A stretch of 54,348 bases of DNA from Candidatus Parcubacteria bacterium. Lineage in GTDB: Bacteria; Patescibacteriota; Patescibacteriia; Magasanikbacterales; UBA922. The stretch covers positions 1 to 54,348 of the forward strand of contig JABGUG010000011.1 of NCBI GenBank assembly GCA_018646705.1, given 5' to 3'. The position numbers were made by a program, and so were the translations under genes. Shown here in pieces: positions 8,079 through 18,753 of this stretch. The stretch's first letter is position 1. Every line of letters begins with the position of its first letter. Under the pieces are notes generated by a model. The model was not told the origin of the DNA. It searched no databases and saw only the letters and a list, made by a program, of their open reading frames with translations.

Positions 8079-10028
8079 ATGGGAAAAATATTAGGAATCG
8101 ACTTAGGAACAACTAATTCATGTATGGCTATCACAGAAGGTGGGCAGCCAAAGATTTTAGAAAATAAAGAGGGAAACAGAACAACACCTTCAGTTGTTGC
8201 ACAAACTAAGACAGGGGAGATGCTTACGGGCCAGCTTGCAAAGCGTCAGGCAGTAACTAATCCTGGAAATACACTTCACTCAATAAAGCGTCTTATTGGA
8301 CGTAGACCTAGTGACGCTGAAGTTGCAGAGATTAAAAAGCATGCACCATTTGAAATTGTACCAGATGGAGATCGTGTAAAAGTAAAAATGGGAGACAAAG
8401 ATTATACACCTCAAGAAATTGCAGCCATGGTTTTGCGCAAGCTAAAAGCTGATGCAGAAGAAAAGCTTGGTGAAAAAATTGAAGAAGCAGTAATTACAGT
8501 TCCTGCATATTTTGATGATTCACAACGTCAAGCTACTAAGGATGCTGGGGAGATTGCAGGACTTAAGGTTGCTCGTATTATCAACGAACCAACAGCAGCA
8601 GCGTTTGCATATGGTTTTGATAAAAAAGACGATCAACAAATTGCAGTTTATGATCTTGGTGGTGGTACATTTGATATTTCAATTCTAGAAATTTCACATG
8701 ACGATGGAAATTCAACAGTGGAAGTAAGATCTACCAATGGTGATACACATCTTGGTGGTGATGACTTTGATCAAAAAATTATTGAATATATTTTAGAAGA
8801 ATTCAAGAAGTCAGAAGGTGTAGATCTTAGTTCAGATCCACTTTCACTTCAACGTGTAAAAGACGCTGCTGAGAAAGCAAAGATTGAACTTTCAAGTACT
8901 CCAGAGTCAGAAATAAATGAACCATTTATTACCGCTGGAGCAGAAGGTCCAAAACATTTGAACATGAAGATTACTCGCGCTAAATTAGAAGAGCTTGTAA
9001 CAGAACTTGTAGAAAAGACTATGGTTCCTGTAGAAAAAGCTATTACCGACGCAGGATTTAAGAAAGCTGATATTGATGAAGTTATTCTTGTTGGTGGTAT
9101 GACACGCATGCCTTTGGTTCAGAAAAAAGTTGAAGAATTCTTTGGTAAGAAACCAAACTCAAGTGTAAACCCAGATGAAGTAGTAGCAACTGGTGCCGCT
9201 ATTCAAGCCGGACAGCTTCAGGGAGATCTTGGAAAAGATATCTTACTTCTTGATGTAACACCTCTTTCACTTGGATTAGAAACTTTGGGAAGTGTATCTA
9301 CAAAACTTATTGAACGTAATACTACTATCCCTACAAGTAAGTCACAGGTTTTCTCAACTGCAGCTGACAATCAGCCAAGTGTAGAAATCCATGTGCTTCA
9401 AGGTGAACGTGAGATGGCTACTGACAATAAGTCTCTTGGTAGATTTATGTTGGATGGTCTTCCACCAGCACCACGTGGTGTACCACAAGTGGAAGTAACA
9501 TTTGATATTGACGCTAATGGAATTTTGAATGTTAAGGCAGTGGACAAAGCAACTAACAAAGAACAATCAATTCGTATTGAAGCGTCTAGTGGTCTTTCTG
9601 ATGATGAGATTGATAAGATGAAAAAAGAAGGTGAAGTTCATGCAGAAGAAGACAAGAAAAAGCGTGAGATGATTGATATCAAAAATACTGCTGACACTAT
9701 GATCTATACTACTGAGAAAATGATGAAAGATGTAGAAGAGAAAAAGATTGAAATTACAGAGGAAGAAAAGAAAAAAGTAGAAGAAGGCGTCGAAGCTCTT
9801 AAAAAAGCTTTGGAATCCGAAGATATGGAAGAGATTAAAAAAGTATCTGAAGAACTTACTACATCTGCTCAAGCTATTGGTATGAAAATGTACCAAAAAG
9901 AACAAGAAGACCAAAAAGCAGCCGCTGGGGAAAATCCTGAAGCAGGAGCACCTGGAGAAGAGAAAAAGCCAGATGAGGGCGAAAGCGTTGAAGGAGAAGT
10001 AGTGGATGGTGACGAGAAAAGTTCTTAG
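8079..10028 (+). CDS. dnaK: Chaperone DnaK
   Basis: [47 protein letters not shown]. Confidence 0.98.
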   Translation: MGKILGIDLGTTNSCMAITEGGQPKILENKEGNRTTPSVVAQTKTGEMLTGQLAKRQAVTNPGNTLHSIKRLIGRRPSDAEVAEIKKHAPFEIVPDGDRVKVKMGDKDYTPQEIAAMVLRKLKADAEEKLGEKIEEAVITVPAYFDDSQRQATKDAGEIAGLKVARIINEPTAAAFAYGFDKKDDQQIAVYDLGGGTFDISILEISHDDGNSTVEVRSTNGDTHLGGDDFDQKIIEYILEEFKKSEGVDLSSDPLSLQRVKDAAEKAKIELSSTPESEINEPFITAGAEGPKHLNMKITRAKLEELVTELVEKTMVPVEKAITDAGFKKADIDEVILVGGMTRMPLVQKKVEEFFGKKPNSSVNPDEVVATGAAIQAGQLQGDLGKDILLLDVTPLSLGLETLGSVSTKLIERNTTIPTSKSQVFSTAADNQPSVEIHVLQGEREMATDNKSLGRFMLDGLPPAPRGVPQVEVTFDIDANGILNVKAVDKATNKEQSIRIEASSGLSDDEIDKMKKEGEVHAEEDKKKREMIDIKNTADTMIYTTEKMMKDVEEKKIEITEEEKKKVEEGVEALKKALESEDMEEIKKVSEELTTSAQAIGMKMYQKEQEDQKAAAGENPEAGAPGEEKKPDEGESVEGEVVDGDEKSS

Positions 10029-10091
10029 TTCTTAGTTCAGAGTTCATAGGGGGGCGGAGGTAATCTTCGCCTCTCTATGGTATAATGTAAT

Positions 10092-10178
10092 AGTTGAAAA
10101 GTTCTTAAAGTTTAAAAGCTCATAAAGAACTTAATATGTAGTAACTTTTTAACTTTATAAACTTTATAACTTTTAACT
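10092..10178. repeat. Inverted tandem-repeat array (AAAGTT(T/C)AT type), empty
   Basis: Left arm AAAAGTTCTTAAAGTTTAAAAGCTCATAAAG, right arm AACTTTTTAACTTTATAAACTTTATAACTTTTAACT. Confidence 0.7.
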
Positions 10179-10186
10179 TAATCTCT

Positions 10187-10387
10187 ATGCGTCTTTTCTT
10201 TAGTCAAAAACGTGAACATGCACGTCGTCATCGCATGTGGGTACTTCTTATTGGGCTACTCATGTTATTTGCTTTGACTTCCATCATCTCATTACTTTTT
10301 GGAATGAGTAGGACTGCTTTACTTATTCTTTTTCCGTTGTTTGCATTTTTTATGCTTATAATGGATTTGGCAATAGAACATCATTAA
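10187..10387 (+). CDS. Small two-TM membrane protein
   Basis: 66 aa, basic N-terminus and two hydrophobic stretches. Confidence 0.6.
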   Translation: MRLFFSQKREHARRHRMWVLLIGLLMLFALTSIISLLFGMSRTALLILFPLFAFFMLIMDLAIEHH

Positions 10388-10397
10388 TTTTTTTTGT

Positions 10398-11069
10398 ATG
10401 AAAAAAATAGTATTTTTACTTTCTTTTGTTATCCTCCTTGGAGGTTGTACATTATTTTCTGAAGAGGATGGTTCTCAGGAACCTCTTGATTTTAATCCAA
10501 TGTTCATGAAGGTAGAAAATGCTGGATATATTATAGGTTCTTGGTCGGTTATCGAAGGAGATTATGAAGAAATTATTTTAGAAAAAGACGGTGCTTTTGC
10601 CTCTTTTTTACACGAACGACCATTTGATAATGGTACATGGACACTTGTAGAGGGTGTTTTAACATTTAATTCAAAAGTATATTCTGATAGAGTGTTTGAT
10701 AACGTAGTTATTGAAGAGAATAAAATTATTCTGGAAGGAAAAGAGTTTAGAGAAATCTGGGAGCACGTTGGTGTTGAACCAGAAGAAGATTTAGTAATTG
10801 GTGTCTGGACAGAAGATCTGGAGACTGGCGGTATGCGTATTTTTAATATAGAATCAGATTATACATGGCAGATGCAGTCCAAGCGTGATGGGGAATACTC
10901 TGTAGAAGAAAAAGGGGAATGGGAATATGGTATAAATGGTCTCACACTTATGACTGAGCAGGCATATATTTATGGAGATTATTATGTACAGGTTGTAGAT
11001 TCAGAAACACTCGAACTTACAAATTTAAACAATGACTCAGTAATCATTTGGAAACAGGTGACACAGTAA
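10398..11069 (+). CDS. Lipoprotein with two lipocalin-like beta domains
   Basis: Signal peptide with LGGC lipobox; repeated IIGSW/VIGVW...GTW/GEW pattern. Confidence 0.7.
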   Translation: MKKIVFLLSFVILLGGCTLFSEEDGSQEPLDFNPMFMKVENAGYIIGSWSVIEGDYEEIILEKDGAFASFLHERPFDNGTWTLVEGVLTFNSKVYSDRVFDNVVIEENKIILEGKEFREIWEHVGVEPEEDLVIGVWTEDLETGGMRIFNIESDYTWQMQSKRDGEYSVEEKGEWEYGINGLTLMTEQAYIYGDYYVQVVDSETLELTNLNNDSVIIWKQVTQ

Positions 11070-11080
11070 TTATAAATAAC

Positions 11081-12187
11081 ATGGGAAAAGATTATTACAA
11101 GATTTTAGGTGCTGAAAAAAATTCCAGTGCAGACGAACTCAAAAAAGCATTTCGTAAACTCGCACACAAATACCATCCAGATAAAAAGGATGGAGATGAA
11201 AAAAAGTTTAAAGAAATAAACGAAGCCTATCAAGTCTTAGGGGACGAAAGTAAGCGTAAACAGTACGATCAATTTGGTGCTGATTTTGCGCAACAAGGTG
11301 GATTTGGTGGTGGAATGAATTGGGACGACTTTATGAACGCTACTCGTGGCGGAGGCGGAGGTTTCCAAGGTGGTGGATTTGGTGGTGGAATTGATCTAGG
11401 AGATTTGTTTGGAGACATGTTTGGATTTGGTGGCGGACGTACAAGAGGTCGTGGTCAAACCCGTGGAAATGATGTACAGATTGATGTGCAACTAGAATTT
11501 CGAGAATCAGTGTTTGGAGTAGAGCGTGAGATTAAACTTACCAAAAATAATGCATGTGATATCTGTAAGGGTTCTGGTGCCGAGCCTGGTGCAAAAACTA
11601 AGAAATGTGATGATTGTAATGGGCAAGGACAAGTTCGTCATGTGCAGCAAACTATGCTTGGTGCAATTCAACAAGTTGTGGCATGTTCCAAATGCCAAGG
11701 TACAGGACAAGTGCCAGAAAAGATGTGTAAACATTGTGGAGGAGATGGTACTGTACGGAGTGAATCAAATTACAAAGTAGAAATTCCAGCCGGTATTTCA
11801 GAAGGAGAATCCATTAGACTTTCTGGTAAAGGTGAAAATGCTGGAGTAGGTAGTGTTCCTGGAGATTTATATGTAAAAATCCATGTGAAGCCTGAGAAGG
11901 GATACGAGCGTAGAGGAGATGATATTCATACAGAGACTACTATCTCATATCCACAAGCTGTAATTGGTGACAAAGTAGAGATTGAAACACTTGAGGGAAA
12001 TAAGAAACTTGTTATTCCTCCGGGCACAGGGTCTCATCAAAAATTTAAGCTTAAAGGACTTGGTGTACCACGCCTACATCATCATGGACGAGGGGATCAG
12101 TATGTGAAAGTTATTGTTGACGTACCAAAGAAGGTAAATCGTAAAGTGAAGAAATTATTAGATGAGTTAGGTGATGAATTAAAATAA
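11081..12187 (+). CDS. dnaJ: Chaperone DnaJ
   Basis: KDYYKILG, HPD motif, G/F-rich region, four CxxCxGxG repeats. Confidence 0.98.
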   Translation: MGKDYYKILGAEKNSSADELKKAFRKLAHKYHPDKKDGDEKKFKEINEAYQVLGDESKRKQYDQFGADFAQQGGFGGGMNWDDFMNATRGGGGGFQGGGFGGGIDLGDLFGDMFGFGGGRTRGRGQTRGNDVQIDVQLEFRESVFGVEREIKLTKNNACDICKGSGAEPGAKTKKCDDCNGQGQVRHVQQTMLGAIQQVVACSKCQGTGQVPEKMCKHCGGDGTVRSESNYKVEIPAGISEGESIRLSGKGENAGVGSVPGDLYVKIHVKPEKGYERRGDDIHTETTISYPQAVIGDKVEIETLEGNKKLVIPPGTGSHQKFKLKGLGVPRLHHHGRGDQYVKVIVDVPKKVNRKVKKLLDELGDELK

Positions 12188-12203
12188 TGGAAATTAGATA
12201 TTT

Positions 12204-12229
12204 AAAAACTCCCATAGTGGGAGTTTTTT
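12204..12229. terminator. Bidirectional terminator between dnaJ and rnhA
   Basis: AAAAACTCCCA-TAG-TGGGAGTTTTTT. Confidence 0.85.
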
Positions 12230-12244
12230 GTTTTTAGAACAAAT

Positions 12245-12643
12245 CTATTGATTGTCGAGAATTTTATTTACCTCAGCATCAGCCTCTTTGTTTCCTTCAC
12301 GCAATGTATGTTTGATACTTACTTTTTTGAATTCTTGCATTGCATTCCATGCGAGAACAAATAACTTTTGAAGTGTTGGTTCTTTTACCTTCCAATTACC
12401 GTTAAGTTGTTCACATACGAGCTTGCTGTCCACTATAAGTTCAGCCTCTGTGGCACCAAGCTCTTTTGCTTTTTTGAGTCCTGAGACTGCTGCAGAATAT
12501 TCTGCAAAGTTATTTGTTTGTTCACCAAGATATTCGCCATAGTTGGCAATGGTTTTACCTTGTTCATTTTTTATAACTACACCTGTAGCAGCAGGGCCAG
12601 GATTATTTCTAGAGCCACCGTCGGCAAATATTGTTAGTTTCAT
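12245..12643 (-). CDS. rnhA: Ribonuclease HI (archaeal-like/RVT_3 type)
   Basis: FADGGSRNNPGPA, TNNFAEY, DSKLVCEQLNG, REGNKEAD. Confidence 0.9.
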   Translation of the reverse strand: MKLTIFADGGSRNNPGPAATGVVIKNEQGKTIANYGEYLGEQTNNFAEYSAAVSGLKKAKELGATEAELIVDSKLVCEQLNGNWKVKEPTLQKLFVLAWNAMQEFKKVSIKHTLREGNKEADAEVNKILDNQ

Positions 12644-12646
12644 AGA

Positions 12647-12775
12647 GTTTGTCATTCTGAACGCAGTGAAGAATCTTTCTTACTTCGTTCGTTTTTTGAT
12701 AAATGTTTAGTGAATTGAATCAGAATAACTTAAGAGAGATCCTTCAGTCGCTTTAGCTCCCTCAGGATGACAGAC
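12647..12775. repeat. REP-like palindromic element (GTCATTCTGA...TCAGGATGAC type)
   Basis: TGTCATTCTGAACGCAGTGAAGAATCT (12650-12676) / AGATCCTTC...TCAGGATGACA (12737-12772). Confidence 0.8.
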
Positions 12776-14519
12776 GAAGATCTACTATCATCAATTGCAA
12801 TTCTCGATTTCCATTCCATTCATTTAGATCAATTTCAAATACAAGATCTATTTTATCGCCTTGTTTTAATTCTTCGCACCAATTTGTAGTGCCTCCATTA
12901 CACATATTCCATCCTATTGCTGTGAGTGTATTGTTTCCATTTTCCAAAAAAATCTTTATATGTTTTCTATCTTTCCCAAGAGGTTGGACATTTTTTATTT
13001 CAACATTACGCGCAAGATATCTTGGTTTTTCATTCATCTGTCCAAATGGTTTGAACTTATCTAGTATATCATATAAATCCCAATCAACATCTTCAAGATT
13101 AATCTCTGCATCAATATCAAGTGTGGGGGAAAGATCTATGTCTTTTGTTTTTTCTTCAAATTTTTCTATAAGTTTTTGTTTGAAACTCTCGAGTTTTCCA
13201 TCTTCCAGAGTGAATCCACATGCCATAGGGTGACCACCAAACTTGGTGAATTGCTCTGGTATTTCCTGGAAACATTCTATTACATTAAATCCATCTATAC
13301 TTCTACCAGATCCAGTAATTTCACCATCATTTTCTGCCATAACAATAGATGGTTTGTAGTATTTTTCTTTGAGCCTGCCTGCAATAAGACCCACAAGGCC
13401 AGTAGACCAACCTTTGCCAAGTACAAATAGTATTGGACTGTCTTTTTGATCTGGTTCAATTTGTGTGAGTGAATCTTTTAGAAGTGTCTCAGTCATTTGC
13501 TGTCGTTCTTTGTTATTGCTATCAAGTTCACGAGCAAGATTAGCTGCATCTGTATCATTTTGCGCCATCATGAGGTTGTACGCCACATTAGCATGATTTA
13601 TGCGACCTGCTGCGTTGATACGTGGTGCAATTTGAAACCCAATAGTATGTGCATCAATTTCTCGTTTTTTTGTACCATCTTCTTCAATCAACCCTGACTC
13701 AAGGAATAACTTTTGTAATCCAATGCGTTTAGTTCTGTTTAACACAATGAGACCATATTTGGTAAGTGTACGTGATTCACCAACTAGTGGCACCATGTCA
13801 GCCACACTTGCGATTGCCACCATGTCGAGCATCCATTTTTCAAATTGTTCATGAGTTTGTCCATTTGAAAGAGTTTCATTTTTTTCTTTATGTTTTTGTA
13901 AAATTCCTTGCATGAGTTTGAACGCCACAGCTCCACCAGCTAATGTTTTGCATGGATAATTAGCATCTACTGTTGGATGAATAATTGCAAAGGCTTTTGG
14001 GGGTTTTTCAGGCACTGAGTGATGGTCTGTGATAATTACGTCAATTCCTAGTTTTGTAGCTAATTTTACTTCTTCTACATTACTAATTCCACAATCACAT
14101 GTAATAATAAGATTGGTTTTTTCATCAGATAATTTTTGAATAGTATTTGTGTTCAAACCATATCCATCAGTTTCTCGGTGGGGGAGGAATATATCATTAT
14201 TTTCAGATCCAATTGCCTTTAGTGTTGAAACAAGTATTGTTGAGGCTGTAACTCCGTCAGCATCATAATCTCCGTGCACAACGATCTTTTCTTTTTTTTC
14301 TACAGCTTTGAAAATACGTTTTATTGTTTTTTCCATGTCTTTGAAAAGAAATGGATCGTGCACATCTTTTGAGTAGTCGGGATTCAAGAATTCATCAATT
14401 TCTTTTTGTGTTTTTATATTTCTATGATATAGCAAAGAAGCTACCGTACGCGGTAGCTCAGGAAATTCTTCAAAAAAAGATTGTGGTGGGTCAGATAAGA
14501 CCTTCCATTTTTTTAACAT
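12762..14519 (-). CDS. recJ: Single-stranded-DNA exonuclease RecJ
   Basis: GDYDADG, ITCDCG, ITDHH, ADMVPL, APRINAAGR, GSGRS, FGGH. Confidence 0.96.
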   Translation of the reverse strand: MLKKWKVLSDPPQSFFEEFPELPRTVASLLYHRNIKTQKEIDEFLNPDYSKDVHDPFLFKDMEKTIKRIFKAVEKKEKIVVHGDYDADGVTASTILVSTLKAIGSENNDIFLPHRETDGYGLNTNTIQKLSDEKTNLIITCDCGISNVEEVKLATKLGIDVIITDHHSVPEKPPKAFAIIHPTVDANYPCKTLAGGAVAFKLMQGILQKHKEKNETLSNGQTHEQFEKWMLDMVAIASVADMVPLVGESRTLTKYGLIVLNRTKRIGLQKLFLESGLIEEDGTKKREIDAHTIGFQIAPRINAAGRINHANVAYNLMMAQNDTDAANLARELDSNNKERQQMTETLLKDSLTQIEPDQKDSPILFVLGKGWSTGLVGLIAGRLKEKYYKPSIVMAENDGEITGSGRSIDGFNVIECFQEIPEQFTKFGGHPMACGFTLEDGKLESFKQKLIEKFEEKTKDIDLSPTLDIDAEINLEDVDWDLYDILDKFKPFGQMNEKPRYLARNVEIKNVQPLGKDRKHIKIFLENGNNTLTAIGWNMCNGGTTNWCEELKQGDKIDLVFEIDLNEWNGNRELQLMIVDLRLSS

Positions 14520-14551
14520 TGATTCCACAGATTAAAAAATGATTTCACTGA

Positions 14552-15157
14552 TTATAACTTTGTTTCCCAAAGAACTTTACGACATGTACAATGATCACCG
14601 AGATGACATATAGCAATTCTGTTGGCAATAAATTTCTTTGGTAGATCGTTATACTTAGGCTTATCACATCCTTTGAGTGTGATGTGTGGCCAATATTTTT
14701 CAAGGCTTGATCCAGTAATATAGTTATCAACCCAAAAGAATGTTTTTTTATTTATTTCCTCGTCTTTGTTTTTAAAATACATTTTCTCAGTTGTGTTTTC
14801 TGGGTGATATTCACTTAATTCCGTCACGAATGTTTCGTGTAACTTTTTTAAATAGTTAGTATTTTAAATTTGTAAAAAATATGATGAATATCCAACTGGA
14901 CGTGTTATTTTTGTTAGATCTTCAAGCGATGTTTCGATTGGTTTGAAATCTTTTATAACATCTTCTATTTTGGTATAAAGATTTTCAAGTTGATTTTCTT
15001 CAATTGTTCCAAAAAATAATGAGATATGTGGCAAGTTGCCTGTGTTATTTAGTGGAGGACTACCAGAGCTATCTCTGTATGTATTGCATAGGTCTACACA
15101 AATATCCATTACGTCATCAGGAGGTAAGAGTGCTATAGCTATGGCAATTTTGGACAT
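14552..15157 (-). pseudogene. 2H phosphoesterase (2'-5' RNA ligase family) interrupted by one in-frame TAA
   Basis: ORFs 14864-15217 and 14552-14827 share a frame and read ...YFLQI*NTNYLKKLHETFVTEL...; PHISL and PHITL motifs lie on either side of the stop (14866-14864). Confidence 0.8.
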
Positions 15158-15158
15158 A

Positions 15159-15257
15159 CTAGTAGAAAGCTGGCATGATAGTGAAGAAGACCATAGCAAA
15201 GATTGCAATGATACCAATCACTGTCCATATTTTCTTAATGATTTTTGAGTTGTACAT
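15159..15257 (-). CDS. 32-aa single-TM small protein (below the ORF-track cutoff)
   Basis: MYNSKIIKKIWTVIGIIAIFAMVFFTIMPAFY*, stop 1 nt before the next ATG. Confidence 0.65.
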   Translation of the reverse strand: MYNSKIIKKIWTVIGIIAIFAMVFFTIMPAFY

Positions 15258-15259
15258 AT

Positions 15260-15347
15260 AACATTGATTATACTGATTTAACTTTGGATTTCACAGATTG
15301 TGTAAACATGATCAATGAAATCCAAAATAATCTGTGAAATCAATGTT
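15260..15347. repeat. Inverted repeat array (CACAGATT/AATCTGTG type)
   Basis: AACATTGATTATACTGATT...TTTGGATTTCACAGATT / ATCAATGAAATCCAAA...AATCTGTGAAATCAATGTT; related arm at 14515-14553. Confidence 0.75.
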
Positions 15348-17133
15348 AACGTTTAAGAACAGCCAAATATGCTTCTGGTGGAATATTTACTTTTCCTTTA
15401 CCCATAGCCATCATTTTCTTTTTACCTTTCTTTTGTTTTTCGAGAACTTTTCGTTTACGTGTGACATCTCCACCATATAATCCTGCAGTAACATCTTTCC
15501 TCATGGCAGATATTCGTTCACCAGCAATTACTTTGCCGCCAATACATGCTTGAAGTTTTATTACGAACTGCTGTCTAGGTAGTGTATCTTTTAGAGAATT
15601 TATAATTTTTTTACCAATTTTAAATGCTCCATCACGCCAGACAAGAGTTGATAGTGCCTCTACTGATTCATCAGCTATTAAAATATCGAGCTTTACAACA
15701 TCAGTTTTTTGATAATTTTTAAAGTCATAATTAAGAGAGCCATATCCACTTGTTACTGTTTTCAATTTATCATAAAAATCAGTAATCAGAGATGCAAGTG
15801 GTATTTCATAATGTAGCATTGCTCGCTGATTTGAACCAGCACTTAAATATTCAGTATTCATATAGATTCCTTTTCTATCAGATATAAGACTCATTATATT
15901 TCCAATATATTCTTCAGGTGTAATTATATCCATAATCATCCATGGTTCTTCAATATGTTCAATTTGCTGCACCTCTGGTAAGTCTTGCGGACTCTTTACA
16001 ATAATATCTTTCCCATTTGTCTGAAATACATGATAAGCAACACTTGGAACAGTCGCAACAATATGGAGTCCGAATTCACGTCGTAAACGCTCTTGGAAAA
16101 TTTCTAAATGCAACATTCCAAGAAAGCCACACCTAAAACCAAAACCTAGGGCTTGGGAATGTTCTGGTTCATAAAACAGTGCCGAGTCATTGAGCTTCAA
16201 TTTATCCATCGCATCGCGCAAAGCATTGTAGTCGTCTCCTTCTTGCGGGAAGATTCCAGCAAACACCATTGGTTTTACTTCTTTATATCCGTCTAATGGT
16301 TTTTCTGCTTGGTTTTTTTCAAGAGTAACTGTATCACCAACACGGACATCTCCTAACTCTTTGAGACCACTTACAATGTAACCAATTTGTCCATTTTCAA
16401 GTATTCCATCTGAAATTAATTTAGGTGAATGGTGTCCTATGTCGAGTATTTCAGCAGTTCGTTTTGTCTTCATGAATTTTATTTGATCACCTTTTTTGAA
16501 TTCACCACTCATTACACGAACTGATGCTACTACGCCACGATAATCATCATAAAAAGAATCAAAGATAAGTGCACGTGGATTTTCATGGTCTTCTATTGGT
16601 GGTGACGGTACTTCTTCTATTACGCGTTCAAGTATTTTTTCTACACCTTCTCCAGTCTTTGCTGAACAACTTAGGATGTCTTCTTTTTTACATCCTATGA
16701 GGTGGATAATTTCCGCACTTACTTTTTCTACATCGGCATTTGGTAAGTCAATTTTATTGAGTACTGGAATAATTTTTAAATTTTGATCAAGAGCAAGGTA
16801 TAAGTTACCAATAGTTTGTGCTTGTACACCTTGTGTTGCGTCAACTAGAAGAATTGCACCTTCTACTGCTGCGAGTGACCTGGAAACTTCGTATGTGAAA
16901 TCTACATGTCCTGGAGTGTCAATCAGGTTTAGAGTGTGTTCTTTGTATTCCATACGTACTGGCTGCAATTTGATAGTGATACCACGTTCTTGTTCGAGCT
17001 CCATAGTATCGAGAATCTGAGTGGACATCTTTCTCTTTTCAATAGTTCCAGTCAATTCCAAAAATCGATCAGCCAGGGTAGATTTCCCGTGATCAATATG
17101 CGCGATAATACAGAAGTTTTTTATGTTTTTCAT
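15346..17133 (-). CDS. lepA: Translation elongation factor 4
   Basis: NFCIIAHIDHGKSTLADR, LIDTPGHVDF, LGFGFRCGFLG, YGGDVTRKRKVLEKQK. Confidence 0.98.
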   Translation of the reverse strand: MKNIKNFCIIAHIDHGKSTLADRFLELTGTIEKRKMSTQILDTMELEQERGITIKLQPVRMEYKEHTLNLIDTPGHVDFTYEVSRSLAAVEGAILLVDATQGVQAQTIGNLYLALDQNLKIIPVLNKIDLPNADVEKVSAEIIHLIGCKKEDILSCSAKTGEGVEKILERVIEEVPSPPIEDHENPRALIFDSFYDDYRGVVASVRVMSGEFKKGDQIKFMKTKRTAEILDIGHHSPKLISDGILENGQIGYIVSGLKELGDVRVGDTVTLEKNQAEKPLDGYKEVKPMVFAGIFPQEGDDYNALRDAMDKLKLNDSALFYEPEHSQALGFGFRCGFLGMLHLEIFQERLRREFGLHIVATVPSVAYHVFQTNGKDIIVKSPQDLPEVQQIEHIEEPWMIMDIITPEEYIGNIMSLISDRKGIYMNTEYLSAGSNQRAMLHYEIPLASLITDFYDKLKTVTSGYGSLNYDFKNYQKTDVVKLDILIADESVEALSTLVWRDGAFKIGKKIINSLKDTLPRQQFVIKLQACIGGKVIAGERISAMRKDVTAGLYGGDVTRKRKVLEKQKKGKKKMMAMGKGKVNIPPEAYLAVLKR

Positions 17134-18743
17134 ATGTTGTCAGCCTCGTTTACTTCTCCTTGAATATTGCGTAGTTTAAGCCATCTTTTTTTAAGGCTTT
17201 CGTGAAAGAGCCTCATTTCTTTGAGCTTAAGCTGGTTACAAATAAATCCATACACTAGAAGACCAATTGTACCAGATAGACCACCTTGTATCAAGATGCC
17301 CCAGAATTTTTGCATGTCTACGATTTGGGCAATAGGATACTTGAGAAGTTGGATGCTTAGTGCCATAAAAAATGCTGCAATTGAAATCTTTAGGAGCGTC
17401 ATAATAACTTTTGTCTCATGCAGTGTACCAAGTTTGAGATGCAAGAAAATCCAGAGTAGGGCCATTTGTAAAATCATGCTAAATGAGTAACCTGCAACCA
17501 ATCCGGTAATACCAAATATGTTTGATAAATAAATTGCTGCAATAACATTTGTACCAGCCGAAACAAGACCTATGATAAATGGTGTCCAAGTATTTTGCAG
17601 AGCATAGAAGCTTCGTGCAAGAAGTGGTATCAAACTCTGGGCAAATAAAGATATTGAGAAAAAGGCAAGTGCGTTCGCAGTAAGAATAGTTGCGTTCCAA
17701 TCAAATTCACCAGTACCAAGTACGATACGAACTATTTGTGCTCTGAGTAATAAAAAGATAATAGTAAGAGGAATTATTAGAAATAAAATTTGTCTTGTTG
17801 TGTCAGAGATACTTTTACTCATCTTTTTCTTATTTCCTTTTGCTGCGAGTCGAGCGAGAGTAGGGAATATGGCAATACCAAATGAAACACCAACAATACC
17901 AGATGGTACGGATTGTAAATTGTCAGCAAAACTAAATATTGCGATACTGCCAGATGCGAGTGTGGATGCAATAATAGTAATTACCAAAAAATTTATTTGT
18001 CGTGTAGCCATACCAAGTGTTCTTGGGATCATGAGTGCTCCAATTTTTCGTACGTATTTATCTTTCCAAAGAAAAAGTGCTTGATATTTAAATCCATTTT
18101 GTATAAGTGAGGGAATTTGAATGAGGAGATGAAATAAAGCTCCAAGTATTACTCCGTATGCAAGACCTGCTACTCCAAACATTGGTACAAATATTGTGAT
18201 ACCAAGTATGATACCAAGGTTATACATGATTGGTGTGAGCGAATAGACTAGGAATGCTCTGAAACTTTGTAATACACCACTTATCACACTGCTAATACCA
18301 AGTAGTATCGGACTGAGAAACATGATGCGTGTTAGCATGATAGTCATCTCAAATTTTTCTCCTTCAAATCCTGGTACAAGTAAGTGCATTAGGTTTGGTG
18401 TAAATACCATGAGGATTCCACATGTGACAACAAGTAGAATTCCCAAAATATTTATAACTGCATTTGTAACACGCCATGCTTGTTTTTTGTCTTTGGTAAG
18501 TAATTCTACAAAGATAGGTATGAAACCTGCCGAGAGCGCACCAACTATGAGAAGATTGTATACAAGGTCGGGAATTTTAAACGCAGCATAATATGCATCC
18601 ATCACATCACCCGCACCAAAATGGTGCGCAAAAAGCCTATCACGTACCATGCCTATGATCCTACTTATAAAAGACGCAGCACCTATTATTATTGCTGCGC
18701 CAGTAATGGTGTGAGATTGTCTATTTAATAATTTTTTAATCAT
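17130..18743 (-). CDS. murJ: Lipid II flippase MurJ
   Basis: SRIIGMVRDR, DAYYAAFKIPD, GALSAGFIP, many TM segments. Confidence 0.95.
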   Translation of the reverse strand: MIKKLLNRQSHTITGAAIIIGAASFISRIIGMVRDRLFAHHFGAGDVMDAYYAAFKIPDLVYNLLIVGALSAGFIPIFVELLTKDKKQAWRVTNAVINILGILLVVTCGILMVFTPNLMHLLVPGFEGEKFEMTIMLTRIMFLSPILLGISSVISGVLQSFRAFLVYSLTPIMYNLGIILGITIFVPMFGVAGLAYGVILGALFHLLIQIPSLIQNGFKYQALFLWKDKYVRKIGALMIPRTLGMATRQINFLVITIIASTLASGSIAIFSFADNLQSVPSGIVGVSFGIAIFPTLARLAAKGNKKKMSKSISDTTRQILFLIIPLTIIFLLLRAQIVRIVLGTGEFDWNATILTANALAFFSISLFAQSLIPLLARSFYALQNTWTPFIIGLVSAGTNVIAAIYLSNIFGITGLVAGYSFSMILQMALLWIFLHLKLGTLHETKVIMTLLKISIAAFFMALSIQLLKYPIAQIVDMQKFWGILIQGGLSGTIGLLVYGFICNQLKLKEMRLFHESLKKRWLKLRNIQGEVNEADNI

Positions 18744-18753
18744 GCTGTAAAAA

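Noticed and set aside
14864-14866. Stop-codon reassignment
   Set aside because: It is a single TAA, and TAA, TAG and TGA all terminate intact genes in this window.
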